Source: a virus
IMG/VR virus record: IMGVR_UViG_3300027872_000001
DNA length: 64,000 nt
Direction: 5' to 3' (one strand)
Below, in pieces: positions 22,908 through 31,302 of this stretch. Numbering within the stretch: position 1 is the stretch's first letter; the number at the start of each line of letters is the position of its first letter. The notes beneath the pieces were generated by a model, which saw only the letters and a program-made list of their open reading frames with translations, made no database searches and was not told the DNA's origin. Position numbers and translations under genes: made by a program.

Positions 22908-23352
22908 TGACCGGCCTCGTCTTGGCGATAATCTCGTAGGTCACCTGGTCGATATCTGAAAGGTCCTCGCGGTAGGACCAGGCATCGGACTGGACGCTTA
23001 CCCCTATTCCGGATTTCTCTCTGTTCCTGAGTACGACATTCCAGACGGGATCGGGTGTGTCGACATCTAACATTCCCACGAGCTTCTCGGTAGTCAATCC
23101 CGCGTCCTCTGCTGCTGCTCTGGCAAGAGCCTTTTTCACTAGCCTTCGCTCGTTTCTTTCAGCTTCGTCCCACTCACACTTGTTGCATGGCCACACGGCC
23201 TCGTCCGCGATCTTCTCCAGGATCAGTTGAGGAGCCGCTGGCTTCCTTCTGCGCTTGTATTCAGTGATGTGGTCGTCACACTCAGCGAAGGGTTGGCCGT
23301 GCTCATTCTTGTCGAGGTTGAAGAAGCGGTAGAGCCTGACGTTCTTACTCAT
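22897..23352 (-). CDS. hypothetical protein
   Basis: ORF track, 151 aa. Contains an internal exact motif copy at 23067. Confidence 0.65.
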   Translation of the reverse strand: MSKNVRLYRFFNLDKNEHGQPFAECDDHITEYKRRRKPAAPQLILEKIADEAVWPCNKCEWDEAERNERRLVKKALARAAAEDAGLTTEKLVGMLDVDTPDPVWNVVLRNREKSGIGVSVQSDAWSYREDLSDIDQVTYEIIAKTRPVREC

Positions 23353-23678
23353 CTAAATTCCTTGAGCACAAGATCGACCACTTCCCCGACCGACACTTCT
23401 CTCCCTAGGGCCTTGGATAGCTCCTTCCGACTCGCGTCGGTAAAATAAGCCTTCAAGTCCTCCTCCGGAATTTCACCGTTCTTGAGCTTCACACGAAAAC
23501 ACCCGGTACAGATTTTGTTAGTCATCACTGAGGTTTCCGGTCGAAGGTAGATGGTGCAGCCGCACTCATCACACTTCTCTACAACGTCATCGTCGTGATA
23601 ACCCACATCGGAGCAGATAGCAAAGCTCTCCTCCTCACCATCGTTGACAATTTTAGGAACAGACTTAATTTCCACCAT
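23349..23678 (-). CDS. zinc-ribbon protein
   Basis: ORF 23349..23723 trimmed to the ATG at 23678 (TGATG overlap). CDECG...CTGC. Confidence 0.55.
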   Translation of the reverse strand: MVEIKSVPKIVNDGEEESFAICSDVGYHDDDVVEKCDECGCTIYLRPETSVMTNKICTGCFRVKLKNGEIPEEDLKAYFTDASRKELSKALGREVSVGEVVDLVLKEFR

Positions 23679-23938
23679 CACTCGTACTTGACCACCCAAC
23701 AGCCTTTCTTGCCACAGTCGCATTTGAGGTCCTCACGCGGGAAGGTCGTGAAGTTGTAGGTGTACTCCTTCCCGCAGCAGCCCGTCAGGATCTTCATGGT
23801 GAACAGCTTGGCAATCAGTTCGTCCTTCTCTGGAGTTGGACCGGCTCCCCCCTGGACCCCGGAAAACAGGACTCCAACCAGCTTGTCCGATGTGACTCCT
23901 TTAATGTCGATCTTGACTTTGTTTCCGTTGGTTCTCAT
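23678..23938 (-). CDS. hypothetical protein
   Basis: ORF 23678..24061 trimmed to the ATG at 23938 (ATGA overlap). Confidence 0.5.
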   Translation of the reverse strand: MRTNGNKVKIDIKGVTSDKLVGVLFSGVQGGAGPTPEKDELIAKLFTMKILTGCCGKEYTYNFTTFPREDLKCDCGKKGCWVVKYE

Positions 23939-24138
23939 GCCGCCATTCCCTTCAGGAGTTTGAGGACCCGCTTCTTGACTCCCATCCATCCGAAATACTT
24001 CCCATCTCCCAGGTTGAGGGCCATCATGAAGCAATCCCAACAGAGGTCGATGTTGTCCCAATGCCTCTTGCCGATGGTGTAGACCTCTTTGCTGTCCTCG
24101 ATGATCACTCCGCAGCTCTCACACTTGTAGACGATCAT
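23935..24138 (-). CDS. small zinc-ribbon protein
   Basis: 67 aa. CESCG...CWDC. Confidence 0.55.
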   Translation of the reverse strand: MIVYKCESCGVIIEDSKEVYTIGKRHWDNIDLCWDCFMMALNLGDGKYFGWMGVKKRVLKLLKGMAA

Positions 24139-24542
24139 TTCGGCCTTCGCTCCTTGGCGTGGCGGATCACCTGATTGATTGTCTCGGTGTAGATCTGAGT
24201 CTCACAGACCTTCTGTGCCTCATCTGGAGTGACAAAGGCCAGGTCTTGGATCTCCTCCGGAGGGTCAACCCCCCAATGGTCTTTATAGGTGTTCCCGCAG
24301 GACAGTTTCTCGTCAGGCCAGCTGTCCCCGCCTGTATCCAGGCCGCGAATGTGAACGTGGATGGTCTGGCAGCGGAGACAGCGTTTGACGGTCTCCGCGA
24401 CCTTCTCGAAGATGATGCCAATACGAGTGTAGAGGTGACCAATGGAGATCTTCTCGGTACAGGCATCACAGATATGCTCGACGCGGGCCCGTACCGTTTT
24501 CTCGTCATAGACCTCATAGTAATCTTCGACGTAATAGCTCAC
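24135..24542 (-). CDS. hypothetical Cys-rich protein
   Basis: ORF track, 135 aa. ATGA overlap. Confidence 0.6.
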   Translation of the reverse strand: MSYYVEDYYEVYDEKTVRARVEHICDACTEKISIGHLYTRIGIIFEKVAETVKRCLRCQTIHVHIRGLDTGGDSWPDEKLSCGNTYKDHWGVDPPEEIQDLAFVTPDEAQKVCETQIYTETINQVIRHAKERRPK

Positions 24543-25105
24543 ATCACCGCCTTGTCGTAGACCTCTTTGATCTGCTTCGCCAGTGACCGGATCTCTTGCT
24601 GGACGTAGTCGAGGTCCTTGTAGGTGGTTTCAAAGCCTCCACCAAAATCAACCGCGTCGGAAAGGTGTCGGGCCACAGCCCCGGGACTAGGTGCTGGAAT
24701 TACGCCGAGGGGATCCCCGTCGAACTTGGGACAGTGGTCCCAGGAGTGGGCGCAATCGAAGCCGATCCACCAGACGTGATCTGATCGGCCGGCAGCGGGA
24801 ACGTGGCACACTCCATGCTCCTTCTTGTCCTCCTGACACAAGCTGGCGAAGGTGACCCCTCCGTGCACGTCCATATCCCCAGGCCCAGGATACGCAGAAT
24901 AGTCCTTTTCAAAGAAGGGGTGACCCTCCATCACTCCGACATAACCGCACCACGCGCCACTAGGACCGCGAACCATGAGGCAATCGAGGTCTGTTCCCTC
25001 GTCAATCCATTGCATCTTGTCCGGTTCGCTCTGCCAGGGGCCTTCTCCCCAACCGGCCTTGTCGTGGAATCGGTACTCTTTAAGGTTCTTCAGTTCAGTC
25101 ATCAC
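24539..25105 (-). CDS. hypothetical protein with WIGFDCAHSWD block
   Basis: ORF track, 188 aa. The His/Asp-rich conserved-looking core is VHGGVTFA...WWIGFDCAHSWDH. Confidence 0.65.
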   Translation of the reverse strand: MMTELKNLKEYRFHDKAGWGEGPWQSEPDKMQWIDEGTDLDCLMVRGPSGAWCGYVGVMEGHPFFEKDYSAYPGPGDMDVHGGVTFASLCQEDKKEHGVCHVPAAGRSDHVWWIGFDCAHSWDHCPKFDGDPLGVIPAPSPGAVARHLSDAVDFGGGFETTYKDLDYVQQEIRSLAKQIKEVYDKAVM

Positions 25106-25301
25106 GCTCCTTCAGCTCTTTCTCCTCCTTCTCGATCCGCTTCCTGGTTTCCAGGCTGGCCTTGTGCTCTCTCTCTGCTCTGTGGACACCCCGGCCGCAG
25201 GGACCGCAAATCGCGTCGATCTCCATATCCTCTTTGATCGCAGCTTCTTCGCAGTTGCACTCGCTACACTCACATTTCCAAATCGGGCCTGGGTTGGTCA
25301 T
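25095..25301 (-). CDS. small Cys-rich protein
   Basis: 68 aa. CECSECNC...CGPCG. SD TTAGGAGGATGA precedes the ATG. Confidence 0.6.
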   Translation of the reverse strand: MTNPGPIWKCECSECNCEEAAIKEDMEIDAICGPCGRGVHRAEREHKASLETRKRIEKEEKELKERDD

Positions 25302-25325
25302 TCATCCTCCTAAGGTGGCTCCACA

Positions 25326-25391
25326 CTAACATTCCCTCTGGCGGCGATCACGAGCTAACATTCCCGCAAAGAGCTCCCCACTAACACTCCC
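25326..25391 (-). promoter_or_regulatory. tandem array of 3 motif copies
   Basis: Exact copies at 25326, 25355 and 25381, spaced 29 and 26 nt. The 25381 copy gives the GEC* stop. 24 nt to the ATG at 25301. Confidence 0.7.
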
Positions 25392-25596
25392 CCTCCTTCC
25401 AGTTGATCCCCTTCATTTCCTCAAGCTGGCGGATCTTGGTGTCGTCACGCTTGATCCGCTCGAGAAGGCTCTGGATCTCCTGCAACATGGCCCCCTGAGA
25501 GGCTGAGGGCTTCAACTTCCATCCCCGCTCGACCTTCAATTCCATCTTGGCTACTTCCATGTTGTCCGCTGGCTTCGGTAACTTCGGCCGTTTCAT
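25381..25596 (-). CDS. hypothetical protein
   Basis: ORF track, 71 aa. SD GGGAGACACT precedes the ATG. Confidence 0.5.
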   Translation of the reverse strand: MKRPKLPKPADNMEVAKMELKVERGWKLKPSASQGAMLQEIQSLLERIKRDDTKIRQLEEMKGINWKEGEC

Positions 25597-25717
25597 AGTG
25601 TCTCCCGATGATGTAACCGACGACTCCCGCAGCGGCCATCATGCACAGCTGCGCAATCACGAAAAAAACCAAAGCCATGAACCCCGGGGCCTCCATAAAC
25701 AGTTCGATGGTAGCCAT
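25445..25717 (-). CDS. membrane protein (C-terminal extent uncertain)
   Basis: The N-terminus has TM segments FMALVFFVIAQLCMMAAAGVVGYII. Overlaps 25381..25596 out of frame. Confidence 0.4.
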   Translation of the reverse strand: MATIELFMEAPGFMALVFFVIAQLCMMAAAGVVGYIIGRHYETAEVTEASGQHGSSQDGIEGRAGMEVEALSLSGGHVAGDPEPSRADQA

Positions 25718-25764
25718 AAAGTAGTGTGATCTACCCTTGCTTACCTCCTCAGATTACTTACAAA

Positions 25765-25775
25765 CTAACATTCCC
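25765..25775 (-). promoter_or_regulatory. GGGGARTGTTAG motif copy
   Basis: Plus strand ctaacattccc, immediately after the stop of 25776..26048. Confidence 0.65.
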
Positions 25776-26048
25776 TTACGGTGCTGGACCCACTTCGGTC
25801 TCCAAAGCCACTTCTTCTTCCTCAATTATTTCGGTTTCAATCTCCCGAGAAAAGGTTTCCAGTTGAGGCAGCACGACTGAATTAAGGAAGCCCCAAATCT
25901 GTTCGGAGTGCATGAGATCGCCGTGGGCCTTCATGTTGATCTCCAGTCGGCCGAGGAAAGCGGTATCCTCTCCTTGGCGCAGCACGGTCCCATCGTCGTA
26001 CCTCGCATCAATAACCCCCCTGTCCATGACGATCACGATTTTTTTCAT
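25776..26048 (-). CDS. hypothetical protein
   Basis: ORF track, 90 aa. SD GAGGAAGGAACT precedes the ATG. Confidence 0.6.
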   Translation of the reverse strand: MKKIVIVMDRGVIDARYDDGTVLRQGEDTAFLGRLEINMKAHGDLMHSEQIWGFLNSVVLPQLETFSREIETEIIEEEEVALETEVGPAP

Positions 26049-26088
26049 AGTTCCTTCCTCGATTTTGGGCCTCTTGGAGAACCTTCTG

Positions 26089-26176
26089 CTAACACTCCCA
26101 ACCGGGCATGATGCCCTAACACTCCCCGTAGCTTCAATCTAACATTCCCCGATTCAAAATCAGTTCTAACCTTCCC
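26089..26176 (-). promoter_or_regulatory. tandem array of 4 motif copies
   Basis: Copies at 26089, 26116 and 26139 (exact) and 26166 (ctaaccttccc, stop of 26166..26465), spaced 27, 23 and 27 nt. Confidence 0.7.
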
Positions 26177-26465
26177 CTTCGGTCCTCTGCTCCCAGAGTT
26201 CCATGATGGTCACCTTGCCGTTGCACTGTTCCTTCAGTCCCTCAATAAATGTGGCGTAGCCAGCGTGACCATCAGCTTCGTACTTCTCTATACCCTCGTT
26301 CCACTCCTGGAGGGTCATCTGATAACCCACGGACCCACACTCCGGACAGCAGGGGATACCGTGACTGATTTCCTCACCCTCAACTGGTTCTGTGGCCGAC
26401 AGTTTCTCCCACTCGTCGGTCCAGTAGGTGCAGAATCCATACCAAATCTCTTGTTCGTCATTCAT
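26166..26465 (-). CDS. hypothetical zinc-ribbon protein
   Basis: ORF track, 99 aa. CCPECG. Confidence 0.6.
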   Translation of the reverse strand: MNDEQEIWYGFCTYWTDEWEKLSATEPVEGEEISHGIPCCPECGSVGYQMTLQEWNEGIEKYEADGHAGYATFIEGLKEQCNGKVTIMELWEQRTEGEG

Positions 26466-26695
26466 ACTTCTTCTCCTCGTTGTCTGAGTTGTTGCCTCAG
26501 CTCTTGTTCGATCGAACAGGCTTCGTCGATCAGTTTGTTTAGATGGGCCATCCCTTTTTCCATGTGTTCAGCGAGGATGGCAGCGTCCAGGGTTTCAAGG
26601 TGACCATATTGAAAGCCCTCCTGCATCCCCTCAGAGTAGCCCTTGATCTGGGACAGTTTCGACATGAGTTGGAGCAATGATTGGGGTACGCTCAT
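26462..26695 (-). CDS. hypothetical protein
   Basis: ORF 26462..26917 trimmed to the ATG at 26695 (ATGA overlap with the small peptide gene). Confidence 0.5.
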   Translation of the reverse strand: MSVPQSLLQLMSKLSQIKGYSEGMQEGFQYGHLETLDAAILAEHMEKGMAHLNKLIDEACSIEQELRQQLRQRGEEV

Positions 26696-26787
26696 ATCAA
26701 TCCAAACCCCTTGAGAAAGAGTCCCAGGATGATTGTCCCCAAGACAGACAGTAGGATGAGATGGAACCAAATCCCCGTCCAAGTCAT
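26692..26787 (-). CDS. small hydrophobic peptide (31 aa)
   Basis: MTWTGIWFHLILLSVLGTIILGLFLKGFGLI, with ATGA overlaps at both ends. Below the ORF-track cutoff. Confidence 0.4.
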   Translation of the reverse strand: MTWTGIWFHLILLSVLGTIILGLFLKGFGLI

Positions 26788-27137
26788 AGCTTCTCCCTCT
26801 CCTTCTCCTCGATCTCAAGGATATCGAAAAAGGCCTTCTCCCATTCCGTGAAGCGTAAGGCCCGATCATCCAGGTAGACGTGCGCTGGTGGTTTCCCTCC
26901 GCTGTAGAAGCGGTCATAAGGGATATCGTGCTCCTTGAGCCACTTCGTAGCTTCTGCCTTCAGCTCCTTGTCGTTGCCGCGAGTGGTGAAGATAATGATC
27001 CTGTGGCCTAGCTCCTTCAGCTTCTTCATGGCATCTTGGCATCCAGGCATGGGTGGGTCGTATATCGTCCCATCGTGCCAACCCTTCGAGTACCTGTGAA
27101 TCACTCCATCGAAATCAACCGCGATCTTCAGCTTCAT
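26784..27137 (-). CDS. HAD-superfamily phosphatase / 5'(3')-nucleotidase-like
   Basis: MKLKIAVDFDGVIH gives the DxDG motif I, IIFTTR is motif II-like, and YLDDR is a late Asp motif. Confidence 0.6.
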   Translation of the reverse strand: MKLKIAVDFDGVIHRYSKGWHDGTIYDPPMPGCQDAMKKLKELGHRIIIFTTRGNDKELKAEATKWLKEHDIPYDRFYSGGKPPAHVYLDDRALRFTEWEKAFFDILEIEEKEREKL

Positions 27138-27186
27138 GGACTATCCTCCTCCTATATGTTTCACATGAAACACTCCACCACCTGGG

Positions 27187-27243
27187 GCTAACCATTCCCG
27201 TACAAACGTCTGTACTCCCTGTGGCGTGCGTTCTAACATTCCC
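27187..27243 (-). promoter_or_regulatory. two motif copies flanking a GTACAGACGTTTGTAC inverted repeat
   Basis: ctaaccattccc (27187, variant), gtacaaacgtctgtac (27200..27215), ctaacattccc (27233). A further 7-2-7 inverted repeat TGTTTCAcaTGAAACA lies at 27157..27172. Confidence 0.6.
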
Positions 27244-27247
27244 CCGG

Positions 27248-27652
27248 TCATGCAACCTTCCGCAGCAGCTTCACGCCCTGGACCGCCAGTGTTCCTGCAG
27301 GAGCCGTGATCCAGAATCCTCCGTCTTCCCACAGAGCAGCTCGTCGCAAGATCCCGGCACGGAGTTCCGCTGGATCGTCGGGCCATGTGAAGACCTCGAT
27401 CTGCTTCGACACTTGGCCCAGGTACTTGACCTCCTTGGCCGGCCCTTTGATCTCGCACTCCCAAATCTCCCGGCCTCCATGACTCCAGCCCTTCGCGTTG
27501 TGGAGATCGTTGAAGACGAGCAGCCCGATAGTCCCATTAATGGGATAGGCCCACTTCTTTTTGGGATATTTGACCTTGGCTCCCTTCGGAGGACAACAGG
27601 ACTCCAGGCTTAACCCGCTCTTTTGGACAACCTTGTAGTAGACATCACCCAT
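27248..27652 (-). CDS. hypothetical protein
   Basis: ORF 27248..27721 trimmed to the ATG at 27652 (MGDVYYKVV...). Confidence 0.55.
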   Translation of the reverse strand: MGDVYYKVVQKSGLSLESCCPPKGAKVKYPKKKWAYPINGTIGLLVFNDLHNAKGWSHGGREIWECEIKGPAKEVKYLGQVSKQIEVFTWPDDPAELRAGILRRAALWEDGGFWITAPAGTLAVQGVKLLRKVA

Positions 27653-28076
27653 TCCGGTCCTCCTTTTCTGCGAAGTCCTCCGGGTCAATACCCTGGTCAG
27701 CCAAGCTCGGATGGTCTTCATTTTCCTTCTCCCTCACATCGACTTCCCGGAGGTCCTCCAGGTTGACACCCAGGCCCGTCAGTTTCTCTTTCATTACCCT
27801 GATAAATTCGTCCTCATTGGCAGCGGATCCCGCAGCGAAACTTCCCTCGAAAGGAGTCATGCAACCCGCAGGGAAGCCATTGAACTCGACAAAGAGGCAA
27901 TACGGGGGAATCCCATCGACTGTCTCAGGGTGTCCGTTGATCTTGATGAACCACTGGTCGTCAACCTTGTGGGTCCAGACCTTGTTCCGGATGGGAGCCT
28001 CACCCAAGGCATCGGCCAATTTAGCGACCAAATAATAGAGTGTGCACAACTGACCTGATTCCTTCTGCTTCATCAT
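27645..28076 (-). CDS. hypothetical protein
   Basis: ORF 27645..28088 trimmed to the ATGATG at 28076 (ATGA overlap). Confidence 0.55.
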   Translation of the reverse strand: MMKQKESGQLCTLYYLVAKLADALGEAPIRNKVWTHKVDDQWFIKINGHPETVDGIPPYCLFVEFNGFPAGCMTPFEGSFAAGSAANEDEFIRVMKEKLTGLGVNLEDLREVDVREKENEDHPSLADQGIDPEDFAEKEDRNG

Positions 28077-28240
28077 TCCTCTTTCCAATAATCAGAATGT
28101 TCTCGCTTCAACTCCTTCAGCTCCTTGATCGTCTTGTCGACGGTCCCGGCCTCCATGTACTCATCACACATCATGACCCCCTGCCAGCAGCAAGCTCTCA
28201 GACAAGCATCGCAGACGGTTACTTTGCGGTCAGGATTCAT
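28073..28240 (-). CDS. small Cys-rich protein (55 aa)
   Basis: MNPDRKVTVCDACLRACCWQGVMMCDEY... Below the ORF-track cutoff, with coupled overlaps at both ends. Confidence 0.45.
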   Translation of the reverse strand: MNPDRKVTVCDACLRACCWQGVMMCDEYMEAGTVDKTIKELKELKREHSDYWKEE

Positions 28241-28601
28241 CGTCCCTCACCCAGAGCCTAGCGATCTCACAGAGGGCCACGAACACAGCATCCTTGTCCC
28301 GCTCCAACGTGCCGAGGTCGTCGTAAGGCACTAGATCAGGATGGATGCGCTTCTCAGCATCGTACTTCTCTCCATAAACCCACCCTCGGTCCAGGTAGGC
28401 TTGCATCCACCCTCCATGCAGCTCCTCCGGGGAAGAAGAACGGTTCGGCCCACACTGACGCTCGATCACCTTTAGAAATTGCTCCTTGAAATCCTCTTCC
28501 CGCTTATCCCAAGGCGCAGGAACGATTGGTGCCCGAGCAGCGTCAGCTGCCAACCGCGCACCTTCGTAAACAAACACAGCCCGTCGAGTGTTCAAGTCCA
28601 T
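28230..28601 (-). CDS. RyR-domain protein
   Basis: LHGGWMQAYLDRGWVYGEKYDAEKRIHPDLVPYDDLGTLERDKD matches the RyR-domain pattern (W..GW.YG...d...k.HP.LVPY.eL...eK.kD). Confidence 0.6.
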   Translation of the reverse strand: MDLNTRRAVFVYEGARLAADAARAPIVPAPWDKREEDFKEQFLKVIERQCGPNRSSSPEELHGGWMQAYLDRGWVYGEKYDAEKRIHPDLVPYDDLGTLERDKDAVFVALCEIARLWVRDDES

Positions 28602-28964
28602 TCAGTCCTCCTCCAGCATTTCGGTTACTTCAGTTGATTCTCCAGCCATCCTGCGAGTTTCAATCCAGCTGGCCCGGAGCCTCCGGAAGCCCCGCAGCAG
28701 GGTATCGACAGGACTCTCGCCAGTCTCCCCCCGGCCTATGTCGTGCTTAACGAACTTGATGACCTTCTCCAGCTCCCGGTTCGCCAGCACCAAGCGGTAC
28801 TCCGCGCACTCCGCAAGCGTGTGAGTCCACCCGCAGCGGCTACACTTGAAATTGCCGATCGCATCGAAGCTGATGATCTCCTCCTCTGTGTGCATGAGGT
28901 TTAGATTAGGCGGGATAAGAGCTCCTCTGCTTGTTTCCGGTTCATCGTCTGTAGTTTTGACCAT
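28602..28964 (-). CDS. hypothetical protein
   Basis: ORF track, 120 aa. Confidence 0.55.
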   Translation of the reverse strand: MVKTTDDEPETSRGALIPPNLNLMHTEEEIISFDAIGNFKCSRCGWTHTLAECAEYRLVLANRELEKVIKFVKHDIGRGETGESPVDTLLRGFRRLRASWIETRRMAGESTEVTEMLEED

Positions 28965-29051
28965 AAATGTCCCCCAAAATGTCCAAGTTAAGTTTAAGGA
29001 TAAGTTGAGTTAGAGGGAAAATGACCCACACCATGTCCTCTTTTTTTTCCG

Positions 29052-29447
29052 TTAAAATTCCACGTTCATTTCCACGTTCATTTCCGTTTCATTTACTTCC
29101 CACTTGGCAAGCAGATCGTCCTTTATCTGCCAAACAACAGCGTCCCTTCCGCTTCGGTTTGCCTTTCGTCGGCCACTATCAACCAACAAACCCATCAACA
29201 CCAGCTCTCTCCGTCGTGGCCGGTAAGTATTCTGTTGGGTGATGCGCCCAAGACTGTCGAACATTTGCTCATCGGTTGATCCTACGCTGCTGCAATTCTT
29301 GAAATACTCGAAAACCTCTCTCTGGATGGTTCCCACGTCCGGAAGGATCTTTTGGGCAGCGGCAATACTTGTGTCCACGTCCTCATGGGGGGGTTCCCCA
29401 TCGTACAAGTTGTAATCTCCGCTAAATAGATCACCTTGGTCAGTCAT
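29052..29447 (-). CDS. winged-helix DNA-binding protein (tentative)
   Basis: 131 aa. GDLF N-terminus, then ...REVFEYFKN...GSTDEQMFDSLG...YRPRRRELVLMGLLVDSGRRKANRSGRDAVVW, which is wHTH-like. The C-terminus is encoded by a 12-nt tandem repeat (EMNVEMNVEF). Confidence 0.5.
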   Translation of the reverse strand: MTDQGDLFSGDYNLYDGEPPHEDVDTSIAAAQKILPDVGTIQREVFEYFKNCSSVGSTDEQMFDSLGRITQQNTYRPRRRELVLMGLLVDSGRRKANRSGRDAVVWQIKDDLLAKWEVNETEMNVEMNVEF

Positions 29448-29477
29448 GATGCCGGTATTTTACTAACAGTCCTCTTT

Positions 29478-29573
29478 TCACATCATGGTTATATTGTCGA
29501 GATACCAGATCAGTCCACCCGCCACTAGACCCGCCAGAATGATAAAAGAGAGAATAAGAATCGTAACTTTCAT
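29478..29573 (-). CDS. small hydrophobic peptide (31 aa)
   Basis: MKVTILILSFIILAGLVAGGLIWYLDNITMM. ATGA overlap with the upstream small gene. Confidence 0.35.
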   Translation of the reverse strand: MKVTILILSFIILAGLVAGGLIWYLDNITMM

Positions 29574-29731
29574 TTCCGTTTCATCTCCTTCTCCCCCTCA
29601 GCTTTGCCCTTCTCCCAGGCATCCGTGTACTCCCGCTTGCTGAAGATGGTGAAGTGGCAGTTCTTTTCATTGGGTCCGTTCCTTCCTGCGTCCAATCCCA
29701 TCTGGTAGGCGTAGGTTTTCTTCAGGCTCAT
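29570..29731 (-). CDS. small hypothetical protein (53 aa)
   Basis: MSLKKTYAYQMGLDAGRNGPNEKNCHFTIFSKREYTDAWEKGKAEGEKEMKRK. ATGA overlaps at both ends. Confidence 0.4.
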   Translation of the reverse strand: MSLKKTYAYQMGLDAGRNGPNEKNCHFTIFSKREYTDAWEKGKAEGEKEMKRK

Positions 29732-29994
29732 TTCAGATGATGCTCCCTCTGGATCTCGTTAAGCTCATCGACCAGCTTGTCCACTTCTGGCGACCAGGGA
29801 AGGTGAACTTGCATGACTCCGCTGATCACTTTACCGTCCGGACTGCGAGACAGCTCCTTCCATACGACCTCGATATCGTCCATCGAGTACAACTCCTTGA
29901 CCTCCAGGGCCGCTTCGATCTTCTCAATCGGTAGAGCTGCCCCTGCCAGAATCACCAGCATACTGAGTGCTTGTCGTCGATCCATTCCATTCAT
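29728..29994 (-). CDS. small exported protein with twin-arginine-like signal
   Basis: MNGMDRRQALSMLVILAGAALP N-terminus. SD GGAGGGGACCAATC precedes the ATG. Confidence 0.6.
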   Translation of the reverse strand: MNGMDRRQALSMLVILAGAALPIEKIEAALEVKELYSMDDIEVVWKELSRSPDGKVISGVMQVHLPWSPEVDKLVDELNEIQREHHLK

Positions 29995-30007
29995 GATTGG
30001 TCCCCTC

Positions 30008-30069
30008 CTAACACTCCCACCTACAAGTTATATCTAACAGTCCACCAACACGTTATATCTAACATTCCT
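30008..30069 (-). promoter_or_regulatory. tandem array of 3 motif copies
   Basis: ctaacactccc (30008), ctaacagtcca (30034) and ctaacattcct (30059, KEC* stop). The latter two share the extended GTTATATCTAACA. Confidence 0.6.
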
Positions 30070-30565
30070 TCTCATAAAAGAGAGTCTCGACGATCTGCCA
30101 GATCTCGGACATATCCCCGTTCTTCCACCCTTCTTCGCTGTCGGCGTACCGTTCCGAGATCTCCTGGATCTCCTCCATGGCTGAACGAACCTTGGTCGGC
30201 TCTGATAGTACCGTCCTAACACTCCCCAAATAGAACTTACCCGGATTCAGGGCGAACCTGGCCTTGCTCCCCTTGTCGGTGCGCATCCTCGTCCCACCCA
30301 GGAGGCCGTAGTTGGTTTTGTCGGCGTAAAACAGGAGAGCCTCGACCATGATGGCGTTCGCTGTCTCCGAATCCTCGTTGACGGTCCCTCCCAGAGCCAG
30401 CTTCTCGTTGAGCGCGTCGATCTCGTTGGCGCAGCAAGCGGAGCAGAGGCCGTGACGCTGATAGTGACGGAAGTGGGAGTTTTTGGGTTCGATGAGGGTG
30501 GTGGGACAGTTTTTACATGTCGATGAGGGTGCTAACATTCCCTTCTTTTTCTTCTTGCGTTTCAT
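30059..30565 (-). CDS. hypothetical protein
   Basis: ORF track, 168 aa. The ATG lies 12 nt after the motif at 30578. An alternative start is the ATG inside the internal motif copy at 30532. A second internal copy is at 30216. Confidence 0.6.
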   Translation of the reverse strand: MKRKKKKKGMLAPSSTCKNCPTTLIEPKNSHFRHYQRHGLCSACCANEIDALNEKLALGGTVNEDSETANAIMVEALLFYADKTNYGLLGGTRMRTDKGSKARFALNPGKFYLGSVRTVLSEPTKVRSAMEEIQEISERYADSEEGWKNGDMSEIWQIVETLFYEKEC

Positions 30566-30577
30566 GGATTTGCCACT

Positions 30578-30588
30578 CTAACAATCCC
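30578..30588 (-). promoter_or_regulatory. motif variant GGGGATTGTTAG
   Basis: Plus strand ctaacaatccc. Supplies the GDC* stop, and lies 12 nt upstream of the ATG at 30565. Confidence 0.6.
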
Positions 30589-30817
30589 CTCCGGTGGGGA
30601 CACCTGGCGCCCGATCCGGATTGATACCAAGGAGAGCCTCGACTTCCTGGAAGTTCTCGATGAATGTGGGTCCGTCGTAGGTATGGCCGTGAATGTGATC
30701 CATGACGATAGCTCCCTCTACGGCCTTGCTGATTGCTTGGGCCTTGTCGTAGAGCCGCTTCAAGGCTTCCTCCAACCTCTTGATGCGCTGCTCGTCCCCC
30801 AGGAAGGTCTTGTGCAT
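30578..30817 (-). CDS. hypothetical protein
   Basis: ORF 30578..30856 (TTG start) trimmed to the ATG at 30817, after GGAGTCTTGGAT. Confidence 0.5.
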   Translation of the reverse strand: MHKTFLGDEQRIKRLEEALKRLYDKAQAISKAVEGAIVMDHIHGHTYDGPTFIENFQEVEALLGINPDRAPGVPTGGDC

Positions 30818-30831
30818 ATCCAAGACTCCAC

Positions 30832-31302
30832 TCACGCGACCTTCGGCCTCCAGCAATTAACTGTCAATGCTGCTCCTCCATCGGTCTTGATCACACCGTC
30901 TTGGCATCTGATCCAGAGACTATCCATAATGAACGTACTGCCATCAATAGGTGTCTGAAACAACAGGTCGTGCTCCCTCCGGGATTCCGCAAGGGGCCTC
31001 ACCGAGACTTTGCACCCCACCGTATCCAAACACGCTGCTGAGATGCCCTTGATATAGGTAAACCCTGGCAACTTCGCTTCTCCACCACTCTGAGGAAAGC
31101 GGAGAGTAAACATTTGAAAATCCTCGGCCCCAATGGTGTAGAGCTTGCTCTCTGAATCGGTAAAAGCGGAAGTAACGATCTTGTCGTAGTCCGGATCCGG
31201 AAGCTCCGGAAGCTCCGGGCCTGGGTGTACGTCTAACAGTCCCCCGGCAGTAGCTGAGACTACAACGCCGGCAGTTACCTTGAAAAACTCTCTACGTTCC
31301 AT
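30832..31302 (-). CDS. exported protein with twin-arginine-like signal
   Basis: ORF 30832..31461 trimmed to the ATG at 31302. N-terminus is MERREFFKVTAGVVVSATAGG. Confidence 0.6.
   Translation of the reverse strand: MERREFFKVTAGVVVSATAGGLLDVHPGPELPELPDPDYDKIVTSAFTDSESKLYTIGAEDFQMFTLRFPQSGGEAKLPGFTYIKGISAACLDTVGCKVSVRPLAESRREHDLLFQTPIDGSTFIMDSLWIRCQDGVIKTDGGAALTVNCWRPKVA

Noticed and set aside
26089-26176. Tandem motif arrays (here, and at 21551..21728, 25326..25391 and 5216..5277) as degenerate CRISPR arrays
   Set aside because: The repeat unit is only 11-12 nt with 12-17 nt between units, there are at most 6 units, the same unit is scattered singly at gene boundaries, and no cas genes lie adjacent. 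This does not fit a CRISPR architecture.
29059-29096. 12-nt tandem repeat tccacgttcatt x2 (+1 partial) as a regulatory repeat
   Set aside because: It lies inside the 3' end of CDS 29052..29447 and simply encodes EMNVEMNVEF. The similar short coding repeats at 31198..31220 and 49270..49300 are also in frame.
3402-30588. Recurrent ...EC-TAG ORF endings as evidence for TAG reassignment or read-through
   Set aside because: The endings come from the motif overlapping the stop. Long genes (880, 621, 540 and 3171 aa) are intact under the standard code, and TAG, TAA and TGA are all used as ordinary stops.
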